Positions 56,122-64,000 of a DNA stretch of 64,000 nucleotides are shown here, piece after piece. A program made the position numbers and the translations under genes. The notes under the pieces are model-generated. The model saw only the letters and a program-made list of their open reading frames with translations, made no database searches and was not told the DNA's origin. Source of the stretch: Candidatus Yanofskybacteria bacterium. GTDB taxonomy: Bacteria; Patescibacteriota; Minisyncoccia; 2-02-FULL-40-12; IGHO2-01-FULL-4-A. Position 1 is the first letter of the stretch. Each line of letters starts with the position of its first letter. The DNA is taken from positions 115 through 64,114 of the forward strand of contig JACOZV010000002.1 of the NCBI GenBank assembly GCA_016181175.1. The letters are read 5' to 3'.

Positions 56122-57239
56122 TAGATTGATACCTTTTTCACCAAATCCGTTATCTCGTTTTTAAACCTTTTTTCTGAAAACCGTTCTGCGGTTTTTTTTA
56201 TTTTTTCGGAATCATAATTGGGCAAATTTTGTTTTAGACGGCGGATGCCGTCGGCTAGCACCTCTTCGGTTGGGTCGTCAAAAAATTCGCCATTTATGCC
56301 TTCTTGTATATATTCTAACGCGCCGCCGCGCTTGAGCGCCAATACTGGTTTGCCGTAGCTCATTGCTTCGATGGGTGTAATGCCAAAATCTTCCTCTTGC
56401 GGCATTATAAACGCTATACAGTTTTGATAATAATGGGGCAGTTCTTTGTCAGAAACAAAACCCAACATTTTAATATTTTTTAAATTTGAGATTTGAGATT
56501 TGAGATTTTTGTTTTCGGGGCCATTTCCTATTATGATGAGAGGCCAGCCTAATTTATTAAAAGCCCCGATTGCTATATCTATATTTTTATGTTTAAAAAG
56601 ACGGCTTACAATTAAAAAATAACCTTTAGTAATTGGTAACTGGTAATTAGCAACTGGTAATTTGGTTACCGGCGGGTATATTACGGAAGAATCTCGCTGG
56701 TAGTATTTCTTTATGCGTTGGCGGACGTTTTCAGAAATTGCGACAAAATGATCAACTCGTGTTGAGGCGTGCCGGTCCCAGATTCTTAGAAAGTGTTGGA
56801 CCAAAGATGCCCACAACTTGGGTGTAAAACTGATTTCTTTTTTATATTCTGCGTGCCAGTCCCATAATTGCCTGGTGGGGCTGTAACAATAACAGATGTG
56901 TTTTGTGCGCGGTTTGAGCACAAGTCCTTTGGCAAATGCGACAGATGATGAAATTACCAAGTCAAAATCACTTAAATCAATAGTCTCAATGGCAATTGGC
57001 AGAAGCGGAGTTAGCAATTTATGACTTTGGAAAATGCGATAGAAGTTTTGAGTAAAAGTTGTTCTAATTTCTGCTTGCGGCAAAAACCAATCGGTAAATT
57101 TTTTATTATAAAAAAGTGTATAAATCGGAGCTTGCGGAAATATGTCATGAAATGTTTTCAATGTCTTTTCTGCCCCGCCAACACCTAAAAGCCAGTCATG
57201 AATTAAAGCAATCTTTATGTTTTGGGTATTGTTTGACAA
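56121..57239 (-). CDS. Family 1 (GT4-type) glycosyltransferase containing a degenerate (GTAAYTG)x5 repeat
   Basis: EDFGITPIEAMSYGKPVLALKRGGALE motif. The repeat at 56629-56663 encodes LPVANYQLPITKGY. Confidence 0.8.
   Translation of the reverse strand: MSNNTQNIKIALIHDWLLGVGGAEKTLKTFHDIFPQAPIYTLFYNKKFTDWFLPQAEIRTTFTQNFYRIFQSHKLLTPLLPIAIETIDLSDFDLVISSSVAFAKGLVLKPRTKHICYCYSPTRQLWDWHAEYKKEISFTPKLWASLVQHFLRIWDRHASTRVDHFVAISENVRQRIKKYYQRDSSVIYPPVTKLPVANYQLPITKGYFLIVSRLFKHKNIDIAIGAFNKLGWPLIIIGNGPENKNLKSQISNLKNIKMLGFVSDKELPHYYQNCIAFIMPQEEDFGITPIEAMSYGKPVLALKRGGALEYIQEGINGEFFDDPTEEVLADGIRRLKQNLPNYDSEKIKKTAERFSEKRFKNEITDLVKKVSI
56629..56663. repeat. Degenerate heptanucleotide tandem repeat (GTAATTG GTAACTG GTAATTA GCAACTG GTAATTT)
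   Basis: GTAATTGGTAACTGGTAATTAGCAACTGGTAATTT. Confidence 0.7.
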
Positions 57240-57295
57240 TTAATCGTGTGACCTATATCTTCTTATTATGGTTTTTTAAAAAAAACGGAGAAAGA

Positions 57296-57721
57296 ATGCC
57301 AGCTTGGTTGTCATTGGCGATGTTGGTAGCTATATTTTTTGGGGTTGTTCCGATTCTGAGTAATAAAGCGATACAGATACACGGTCCCATCGTTAATTTC
57401 TTGATTTTAAACGAAGTCATGTTTGTTTTGGCTTTAACCTGGCTTTTGTTTTCCGGATATCAAAACATATTTCTTGTGACTAAAAAGTCTCTAAGCTTTT
57501 CTTTGATTGGCGGTGTGCTGTCATTTTTTGGAGTAGCTTTAATCTACTCTATTTATGAAATGTTCCCCAGGGAATTATCGCTGATTGCAATTACGACAAG
57601 TTTTTCGGTGGTAATTTTGGCAATAATTAATAATTTTCTTGGCGAAAAATTATTTTTCCACCAGTGGCTCGGAGCGATTATCGCCTTTTTGGGCATAGTT
57701 CTGGTTAACTGGAAAAAATAA
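57296..57721 (+). CDS. Small 4-TM EamA/SMR-like membrane protein (ArnE/ArnF-like flippase-subunit candidate) at the edge of the polysaccharide cluster
   Basis: 141 aa from the Met with RBS AACGGAGAAAGA; four hydrophobic helices. The ORF track's longer N-terminal extension lacks an RBS and overlaps the upstream gene. Confidence 0.45.
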   Translation: MPAWLSLAMLVAIFFGVVPILSNKAIQIHGPIVNFLILNEVMFVLALTWLLFSGYQNIFLVTKKSLSFSLIGGVLSFFGVALIYSIYEMFPRELSLIAITTSFSVVILAIINNFLGEKLFFHQWLGAIIAFLGIVLVNWKK

Positions 57722-57743
57722 AGCGCGCAAGCGCTTTTTTTAT
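57721..57743. terminator. Bidirectional terminator
   Basis: AAGCGC-GCAA-GCGCTT followed by TTTTTTATTTTTT. Confidence 0.6.
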
Positions 57744-58747
57744 TTTTTCGCCATAATATTCTTTTTGTAAACTTCCAAGTTGTCCAGCACGATTCCCGTT
57801 CCTTTGGCCACACAAAGCAGTGGGTCATCCGCAGTACGGGCCGGTACGCCAGTAATCCGCGTCATGAGGATATCTATATTTTTTAATAATGCTCCGCCTC
57901 CGGATATAACAATTCCACGATCCATTATGTCGGAACAAAGTTCTGGCGGAGTTTCTTGCAGAACATTTTTTACAGTTTGTACTATTTCTCGTAATTGTTC
58001 TTGCGTGGCATCTGTAATTTCATTTGAAGTCAACTCGATGGTTTTTGGATAGCCAGTAGTCAAATCACGTCCGCGTACATTAATTTTTTCTTCATTTGTT
58101 TGTTTTATTGCGTTACCAATTGCTATTTTTATAAGTTCTGCAGTTCTCTCACCTATTGCTAAGCCATGTTTCTTTTTTACATACTCAACAATTGCTAGAT
58201 CTATTTTGTTGCCACCTACTCTAGCCGACGACCAAGTAACTATGCCTCCTAAACTAATAACCGCAACATCCGAAGTGCCACCGCCGATATTTAAGATTAA
58301 GTTGCCAATGGGGCTATTGATGGGTATTTTAGCTCCAATTGCGGCCAAAACCGGTTCCTTGACCAAGTATGCTACTTTGGCCCCAGCATTAATTGTGGCC
58401 TCAATTACAGCTCGTCGTTCGGTGGAGGTGATACCTGCAGGTACCGAAACTAAAATTTCTGGTTTATAAAATCCAAAACGTCCAATTGCTTTGTTTATAA
58501 AATATTTCAACATTGCTTCCGTAACCCTATAATCAGCAATTACGCCATCCTTAAGCGGTCTAGAAACAATAATACTATCAGGCGCTCTGCCTATCATTTC
58601 TTTTGCATAGTTACCAACAGCAATTATTTTATTGTCCAACACAGAAATTGCGACAACAGACGGCTCATTTATTACAAGTCCTTTGTTTGGCACGAAAACT
58701 AAAGTGCTAGTTGTCCCAAGATCAATACCTATTTTTTTGACAAACAA
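57740..58747 (-). CDS. mreB: Rod-shape-determining actin homolog MreB
   Basis: IGIDLGTTSTLVFV..., actin-fold motifs, 335 aa. Confidence 0.9.
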   Translation of the reverse strand: MFVKKIGIDLGTTSTLVFVPNKGLVINEPSVVAISVLDNKIIAVGNYAKEMIGRAPDSIIVSRPLKDGVIADYRVTEAMLKYFINKAIGRFGFYKPEILVSVPAGITSTERRAVIEATINAGAKVAYLVKEPVLAAIGAKIPINSPIGNLILNIGGGTSDVAVISLGGIVTWSSARVGGNKIDLAIVEYVKKKHGLAIGERTAELIKIAIGNAIKQTNEEKINVRGRDLTTGYPKTIELTSNEITDATQEQLREIVQTVKNVLQETPPELCSDIMDRGIVISGGGALLKNIDILMTRITGVPARTADDPLLCVAKGTGIVLDNLEVYKKNIMAKK

Positions 58748-58894
58748 TGGTTACGCAGTTAATGGCTTTTGTTTCCAAGTAACTAACTAGGAAACAGAAA
58801 GCAATAAAAAACCACAAAGAATAACAAAAGATAGCGATAAAAATCATTATTGACAAGATTTACAAAAAAATAATTTTAGTTTAAAATAAACGAT

Positions 58895-59767
58895 ATGAGT
58901 AAAAAAACTAAAAAGCTAGTCTTTTACATTGCAGTGCTTGTTTTTATTATACTTAGTTTTTTGGTAATGCTTTTTGCGTTTGGGTATAGATATGATTTTG
59001 TGCAGCACAGATTTTTTAAGACAGGGTCATTGGAATTAAAAACAAACGTGAGAGCGGAGGTATACATCAATGATAAATTAATTGGCAATACCTCATTTTT
59101 GAGCAATTCTTTTTCTAAGGGTCAGTTTTTGCCAAGAACATATAACCTGCGGCTTGAGAGCGACAAATTTCAGCCGTGGAAAAAATTGGTAAAGATTGAA
59201 GCTGGATTTTTAGTCAGTTTTCCGAAAATTGTACTTTTGCCGCAAAACTTTGAATCTGAAATAATAGCTTCCAGTTCAATAAACAATATAACCATTAAAC
59301 GTTTTGATGCCGAAAATAACATTGCAATAATTGGTAATAAACAAAAGTTAGACTCCATTGATCTAAAAAGTGGAAAAAAAAATTCCATTAACATTTTGCC
59401 AAGAGTTAATCTGCCAGGTGCTTTAATAGTTTCTCCTGATGGGAACAAAAACGCGTGGATTGGAGAACGTGAAATTTGGGTTAGATGGGTTAACGATTCC
59501 AGTTATCAGCCCCTTAAATTGGCCGGAAATACGGAGTTAATTACTAGATTTTCACAAACCGTTGAAGATTTACAATGGTTTAAAGACTCGGAACATTTGG
59601 TAGCCAATGTAGGCGGTATTTTAAAATTTATAGAAATAGACGATCGTGGCGAAGTAAACATAAATGATATTTCCACTATCAGCGGGCCATTTTATTATGA
59701 CCGTAATCAAGATGCGATATTCAAATTTGAAGGGAATAGGTTGATTAGGATTATTCTTACAAAATAA
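58895..59767 (+). CDS. Membrane-anchored protein with a PEGA-like domain
   Basis: N-terminal TM; VYINDKLIGNTS resembles the PEGA-domain core. Confidence 0.4.
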   Translation: MSKKTKKLVFYIAVLVFIILSFLVMLFAFGYRYDFVQHRFFKTGSLELKTNVRAEVYINDKLIGNTSFLSNSFSKGQFLPRTYNLRLESDKFQPWKKLVKIEAGFLVSFPKIVLLPQNFESEIIASSSINNITIKRFDAENNIAIIGNKQKLDSIDLKSGKKNSINILPRVNLPGALIVSPDGNKNAWIGEREIWVRWVNDSSYQPLKLAGNTELITRFSQTVEDLQWFKDSEHLVANVGGILKFIEIDDRGEVNINDISTISGPFYYDRNQDAIFKFEGNRLIRIILTK

Positions 59768-60120
59768 CCACTCGCAACTGCAAAAATTACAAACCCAAAC
59801 TTACCCCCGATTTTCTTACAACTTCATATCTGTCTACAAACATACGCAAAGCTCGCTAAATTGTCGGACACAAGTTGGTTCCCCTATCGGCTTGTTTTCT
59901 GCGCGTTTTTCGACCAGCCGTTGTGTTACCAGACAATTTTAACACTCGTTTTGCTAATTTGCTTCGCCCCGTAGCGAGCTTCGCTCTGCTACTAGGGTTA
60001 GTTGACATATGAATGACGAAAATCAGATGGCTTCGCTTGTTCCCGGTTTGTAATTTTTGAACTTGATGCTTCATTGCGTTAGTCACACGGATTAGGGTAG
60101 AGGAATTTATATTTTATAGC

Positions 60121-60144
60121 AAAAAAACCGAGTATTACTCGGTT
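60121..60144 (-). terminator. Rho-independent terminator of the minus-strand gene 60172-60720
   Basis: On the minus strand: AACCGAGTAATACTCGGTT followed by TTTTTTT. Confidence 0.6.
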
Positions 60145-60171
60145 TGGGAGCCTTTTATTAAAAATTACAGT

Positions 60172-60720
60172 TTAAAGGTTTACCCTTTCTTTTAGGTGTT
60201 TGATCATTCTTGTAAAAACGTTCGATACGGTCGTAGCTTCATCAATTTTTTCGAGTGCAGTATAAGCACTGTCGTACTTATCAAAAAATAATTGTTTCCG
60301 TAACTCTAAAAATAAACCCGAAAATACAATAGCCACAGAATACACACAAAATATGATAAGTACTACAAAATTTTCAGTACGATTTTGTTTTAAAATGGTA
60401 GGGAGAAAGAAAGACGGAATGAGAAAAAAGGAGAACAAATAACTCAACAAGCCATAGCCCCTCAATCTAATTTGATTATTTTTTAATTCTTGCAAAAGCC
60501 CGCACTCAAGCCGTACTCGGGCAGAAGGTTCAGCTAATATCTCAAAACATTGTTTTTTGGTGTAATCAAATTTACGAACTAAATAATCTTGTAACATACT
60601 TTCAACAGCCTCATCCAGCGCCATTTTTAGATTTAGGGTTTTTGTTTGCTGGTTTTTTAGTGTGGTGATTGCCAAAATATCCTGCCTAATCAAGCAAGAT
60701 TCTTGTTCCATATTGTCCAT
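60172..60720 (-). CDS. Hypothetical membrane protein (182 aa)
   Basis: Start trimmed to MDNMEQ, which has a strong SD (AAGGGGGCAGAA). The longer ORF-track version overlaps rpsI. Two C-terminal TM helices. Confidence 0.45.
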   Translation of the reverse strand: MDNMEQESCLIRQDILAITTLKNQQTKTLNLKMALDEAVESMLQDYLVRKFDYTKKQCFEILAEPSARVRLECGLLQELKNNQIRLRGYGLLSYLFSFFLIPSFFLPTILKQNRTENFVVLIIFCVYSVAIVFSGLFLELRKQLFFDKYDSAYTALEKIDEATTVSNVFTRMIKHLKERVNL

Positions 60721-60910
60721 TTCTGCCCCCTTTTTTTTAAAGACCCCAATATTTAACACAAGTGTAACACGAGAGCTGATAATAGTCAAATAATAAAAAA
60801 CCCGACTCAATAGAGCCCAGTTGAGCCGGTTTAAAATTGTTGCGGTTAAAAGACCAAAGTTTGGCCCAATGCGGGGTCGCGACAATTCTGACTCGCAGGC
60901 TAGCGTTGAC

Positions 60911-61498
60911 TTAACGCTTCGCCCATTGTGGGGCTTTTCGGGCTTTTTTGAGGCCGTATTTGCGGCGTTCTTTTTCGCGTGAATCACGAGTAAGATAGCC
61001 TGCTTTGCGGAGTTTTTTAGAAAAATTTTGATCAAACATAACTAATGCTCGGCTTAAACCGAACTTAGCCGCATCGGCCTGGCCATGTATGCCGCCGCCA
61101 AATAGTCGTATTGTGGCCTTAAACCTGCCAAGAGATTTTAGTTTTTTAAGTGGAGATTCAACTATGTTTTGCAGTTCCTGGACCTTAAAATATTCATAAT
61201 ATGGTTTATCATTAACTGTGATTAGTGCCTTATCCTCAGCAGTTTGAGCATCGGTTGATTTTTTGGTAAATACGCGTACTCTCGCGACAGCTCTTTTCCT
61301 GCGGCCTATGGATTCATAATATTTTTCTGGGCCGTTTTTTATTGTTTTTGTCGGTTCTGATTGCATTTCTGTTTCTTTCATTTTTATCTCCACATCTTTT
61401 ATAATTTTAGGCTCACCCTTAAGAACGGTTTTTTTAACCGTTTTTTCTTTGACAGTTTTTGTTAGCTTGACTGTTTTGGTTGTTGTTTTTTTAAGCAT
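60911..61498 (-). CDS. rpsI: 30S ribosomal protein S9 with a Lys/Thr-rich N-terminal extension of about 65 aa
   Basis: GRRKRAVARVRVF...RKYGLKKARKAPQWAKR, S9-typical. The total of 195 aa compares with about 130 aa for typical S9. Confidence 0.9.
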   Translation of the reverse strand: MLKKTTTKTVKLTKTVKEKTVKKTVLKGEPKIIKDVEIKMKETEMQSEPTKTIKNGPEKYYESIGRRKRAVARVRVFTKKSTDAQTAEDKALITVNDKPYYEYFKVQELQNIVESPLKKLKSLGRFKATIRLFGGGIHGQADAAKFGLSRALVMFDQNFSKKLRKAGYLTRDSREKERRKYGLKKARKAPQWAKR

Positions 61499-61839
61499 TA
61501 TTCAATTTCTAGATTCTTTATTATCTTACTTCTTAATTTATTTGGTGCAAGCATTCTATAAACCGCTAACCACAATACACGTTTCGGGTTTTGCTCAAAT
61601 AGCGTTTTTAATTTTTTGGATTTCATTCCGCCTGGATAGCCCGAATAATGATAATATGTTTTTTGGTCAGTTTTTTTGCCCGTAAATTTAATTTTATCTA
61701 TATTCGTGATTAAAACCTTTTCTGTTGGCAAAATATTGGGTTTATAATTGGGATTAATTTTGCCACGCAAAATAACGGCAATATTACTTGCCAAACGTCC
61801 TAATGATTGATTTGCGGCATCGATGTTATGTATGGCCAT
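61498..61839 (-). CDS. rplM: 50S ribosomal protein L13
   Basis: 113 aa, L13-like; directly upstream of rpsI. Confidence 0.9.
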   Translation of the reverse strand: MAIHNIDAANQSLGRLASNIAVILRGKINPNYKPNILPTEKVLITNIDKIKFTGKKTDQKTYYHYSGYPGGMKSKKLKTLFEQNPKRVLWLAVYRMLAPNKLRSKIIKNLEIE

Positions 61840-61844
61840 AAATT

Positions 61845-62195
61845 TTAACTTACCAATTCTATAATTGCCATTTTGGATCCGTCGCTTAAACGCGGTGGCA
61901 GATTCCTGATCCTGGTGTACCCCCCGCTTCTTTCGGCAAATCCCGGGCCAATTTCTTGGGTTAATTTTTTCGCGACAAGCGTTCCCACTTGTGAAGCAAT
62001 TGTTTTGAATGCCGCAAGATTATTCGCTTTACCCTTTGTTATCAGCTTTTCTATAAATGGCCTTAAACTTTTTGCCTTGGCTTGTGTTGTTGTTATTTTT
62101 TTGTTTGTAATTAGGGCCAATGTAAGGTCACGCAATAATGCCTTGCGTTGCTTAGTTTCTCTCCCAAATTTACGATTTTTTTTACCGTGTTGCAT
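61845..62195 (-). CDS. rplQ: 50S ribosomal protein L17
   Basis: 116 aa, L17-like; downstream of rpoA. Confidence 0.9.
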   Translation of the reverse strand: MQHGKKNRKFGRETKQRKALLRDLTLALITNKKITTTQAKAKSLRPFIEKLITKGKANNLAAFKTIASQVGTLVAKKLTQEIGPGFAERSGGYTRIRNLPPRLSDGSKMAIIELVS

Positions 62196-62206
62196 GTGTT
62201 AAATTA

Positions 62207-62950
62207 TTATTCTTCTGATTTTTTCTTGCGGCTCTTTTTGGGTTTTTCTTTTGCCGCTTCTTCCGTGGGTAATTCCACATTTTTAATTATAGTAAAATGC
62301 TCAACTAGTATTTGGGATGCTTTCTTTAGCGCTTCTTCAGGACTGATACTACCATCAGTTTCTACGTCTAGCAAAACTTTATTGTAATCAGTTCTTTGGC
62401 CTACACGGATGTTTTCTACGGTGAAATTAACATTTCTAATCGGAGTAAAAATACCATCAATTGCAATTTTACCAACACTCAACTTTTCTTTTTGTCTTTG
62501 TTCGGCTGGGACGTAACCGATACCCCTCTCAACAGTTATTTCCATTTCAAACTCTATTTTCTTATCGGTTACTGTCGCAATATGCTGGTTTTTATTTATA
62601 ATTTCAACATCAGAGGTGCTTTTAATGTTAGCAGCTGTAACCTCACCTTCTCCCTTTGAACTAAGCACTAGCGTAACCGGTTCATCAGAAAATAATTTAA
62701 ATCTTACTCTTTTTAAGTTTAATATAATTTCAATTACATCTTCTAAGACTCCTGAAATTGCAGAAAATTCATGGTCAACTCCTTTTATTTTCATAAAAGT
62801 TATTGCCGCACCGTCCAAAGATGACATTAAAACGCGTCGAAGGGTATTACCAATGGTGGTTCCATAACCCGGAAAGAGAGGTCCAATTTCAAAAACTGCC
62901 TGGTTGCCATTTTTGGAAACGACCTTTGGTTCTGTTGGTAGTTGAAACAT
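62207..62950 (-). CDS. rpoA: DNA-directed RNA polymerase subunit alpha, N-terminal domain only (no alpha-CTD)
   Basis: 247 aa. The alpha-NTD fold reaches about residue 225 and is followed by a Lys-rich tail (EEAAKEKPKKSRKKKSEE). There is no linker or CTD (E. coli alpha is 329 aa). Confidence 0.85.
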   Translation of the reverse strand: MFQLPTEPKVVSKNGNQAVFEIGPLFPGYGTTIGNTLRRVLMSSLDGAAITFMKIKGVDHEFSAISGVLEDVIEIILNLKRVRFKLFSDEPVTLVLSSKGEGEVTAANIKSTSDVEIINKNQHIATVTDKKIEFEMEITVERGIGYVPAEQRQKEKLSVGKIAIDGIFTPIRNVNFTVENIRVGQRTDYNKVLLDVETDGSISPEEALKKASQILVEHFTIIKNVELPTEEAAKEKPKKSRKKKSEE

Positions 62951-63027
62951 GCAATTAGATTTTAGATTTTAGGTTTTAGGTTTTAGAAAATTATCTAGTA
63001 CCTAATACCCAGCATCTAAGACCTTTT

Positions 63028-63663
63028 TTAGCGTGAGTAAAATTCAATTAATAGTTGTATGTCTTTTACTTCAAGACCGCTTTCTTGTATTGTTGGTAAA
63101 CCTACGATTTTGATGGTCAGCGTATCTTTATCAAGTTCAATCCATTTGGGTGGTTCACATTTTTTAAGCCACTGTGCCAACGAAACAGAAAAATACTTTG
63201 TTTTTAAGCTGCCCTCTCTGACTTTCAATATGTCCCCGATTTTAACTTCGCAAGAAGGTATAGACACCTTTTTACTGTTAACTTTGATATGGCCATGATT
63301 TACGAGCTGGCGCGCTTGGTCACGCGACTGGGCCAAACCAGAGCGGAACACTACGTTGTCTAGTCTTGTTTCAAGTTTTTTTATCAGAGTATCGCCCGTT
63401 TCCTGTTTTGATTTAATGGCATCTTTTACCCAGTTCTTAAATTGCCTTTCCATCATACGGTAAGTATTTCTTATTTTTTGTTTGGCCTGTAGCTGGGAGC
63501 CGTATTCGGAAATGCGGTTCCTGAAACTTTTGCCATGCATTCCTGGTGGATACATCCTTTTTACAGTAGCTGATTTGGGAGAATATGAACGCTCACCTTT
63601 TAAAAAAAGTTTAGTTCCTAATCTTCGTTCTATTTTTTCTCGTGGGCCAGTATAGCGTGCCAA
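63028..63663 (-). CDS. rpsD: 30S ribosomal protein S4
   Basis: MARYTGPREKIERRLG..., S4-typical, 211 aa. Confidence 0.9.
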   Translation of the reverse strand: MARYTGPREKIERRLGTKLFLKGERSYSPKSATVKRMYPPGMHGKSFRNRISEYGSQLQAKQKIRNTYRMMERQFKNWVKDAIKSKQETGDTLIKKLETRLDNVVFRSGLAQSRDQARQLVNHGHIKVNSKKVSIPSCEVKIGDILKVREGSLKTKYFSVSLAQWLKKCEPPKWIELDKDTLTIKIVGLPTIQESGLEVKDIQLLIEFYSR

Positions 63664-63773
63664 ATTAGGAATTAATTTTTAATTTCCAATTTTTAAATAA
63701 ATCTTAATGTTTTTAATTTTTAAACATTAGAAATTATTTATAAAATTATAAATTATAAAATTATGTTTAAAAG
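63664..63773. repeat. AT-rich intergenic repeat (copy d) in the rpsK-rpsD spacer
   Basis: CAAATTAGGAATTAATTTTTAATTTCCAATTTTTAAATAAATCTTAATGTTTTTAATTTTTAAACATTAGAAATTATTTATAAAATTATAAATTATAAAATTA is nearly identical to copy c. Confidence 0.6.
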
Positions 63774-64000
63774 TTACACTCTTCGGGGTTTTGCCGCCCT
63801 TACTCCATTATGCGGCATGGGTGTGGCGTCTATGATTGAAGTGATGTTTATACCAGTGCTAGCGATACCACGTATTGCTGCTTCACGGCCAGGGCCAATG
63901 CCTTTTATTGAAACCTTTGCTTCCTGAAGCCCTAATCTTTTTGCTTTTTCTGATGCGTCCTTGCCAACAAGCGTTGCAGCATAAGGAGTTGATTTTCTTG
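63774..64000 (-). CDS. rpsK: 30S ribosomal protein S11 (3' part; the gene continues beyond the window)
   Basis: The minus-strand translation ends ...GIGPGREAAIRGIASTGINITSIIDATPMPHNGVRAAKPRRV*, the conserved S11 C-terminus. Confidence 0.85.
   Translation of the reverse strand, partial: RKSTPYAATLVGKDASEKAKRLGLQEAKVSIKGIGPGREAAIRGIASTGINITSIIDATPMPHNGVRAAKPRRV

Noticed and set aside
59768-60171. tmRNA (ssrA)
   Set aside because: No GGGG-start or tRNA-like acceptor/T-arm (GGxxGTTCGAATCC) on either strand. No tag ORF ending in ...LAA*. The in-frame NDEN codons on the plus strand appear to be coincidental.
60172-61035. 287-aa version of the hypothetical membrane protein
   Set aside because: The first 105 codons overlap rpsI on the same strand in another frame. 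The internal Met at 60720 has a strong SD.

Overview
This is an AT-rich window (roughly 35-40% GC by eye). It reads like a chromosomal segment of a small-genome bacterium, possibly a Patescibacteria/CPR-type organism. Hints include Lys-rich extensions on ribosomal proteins, an RpoA without the alpha-CTD, O-antigen-ligase plus TPR fusions, and a VirB2-like pilin ORF; the taxonomic call is inference only.

Recognisable core genes: mltG; rplJ-rplL; a dcw fragment (mraZ-rsmH-ftsL-ftsI plus an N-terminally truncated murF); rplU; recR; dnaB; cysS; the CIRCE-controlled hrcA-grpE-dnaK-dnaJ operon; efp; a ZnuBC-like metal ABC transporter; fmt; def; gltX; an M23 peptidase; NDH-2; an acyl-CoA ligase; rpmA; rplI; ctpA; a cell-envelope polysaccharide cluster at about 49-57 kb (GT2, LCP, GT2, Wzy-like ligase, GT1, GT2, GT1); mreB; and the rpsI-rplM / rplQ-rpoA-rpsD-rpsK ribosomal cluster. 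Two tRNAs are present, Val-CAC and Glu-CTC.

The most unusual locus is a GC-rich (about 55%) island at 20.56-22.46 kb. It consists of a strong sigma70-like promoter, a 343-aa ORF (weak IS110 'Transposase_20'-like HhH region plus a CxxC...CxxC zinc ribbon, with no DEDD catalytic domain), and a roughly 690-bp tandem array of about 38 units of 18 bp. Each unit has one of two alternating 10-nt constant cores (GAGTGAGCCA / GAGCAACCCA) followed by a variable 8-9-nt segment. The array is closed by a hairpin plus T-run and is not CRISPR-like in its dimensions.

Other notable content: an IS200/RAYT-like HUH transposase flanked by 25-bp REP palindromes. The same palindrome also sits in-frame inside the transposase gene and, as a perfect 46-bp doublet, inside a GT2 gene. 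Four polysaccharide genes carry heptanucleotide tandem repeats that are phase-variation candidates. There are three families of repeated intergenic elements. The cysS leader has a 19-nt long-range pairing that sequesters the RBS. Several candidate ncRNA regions are noted.
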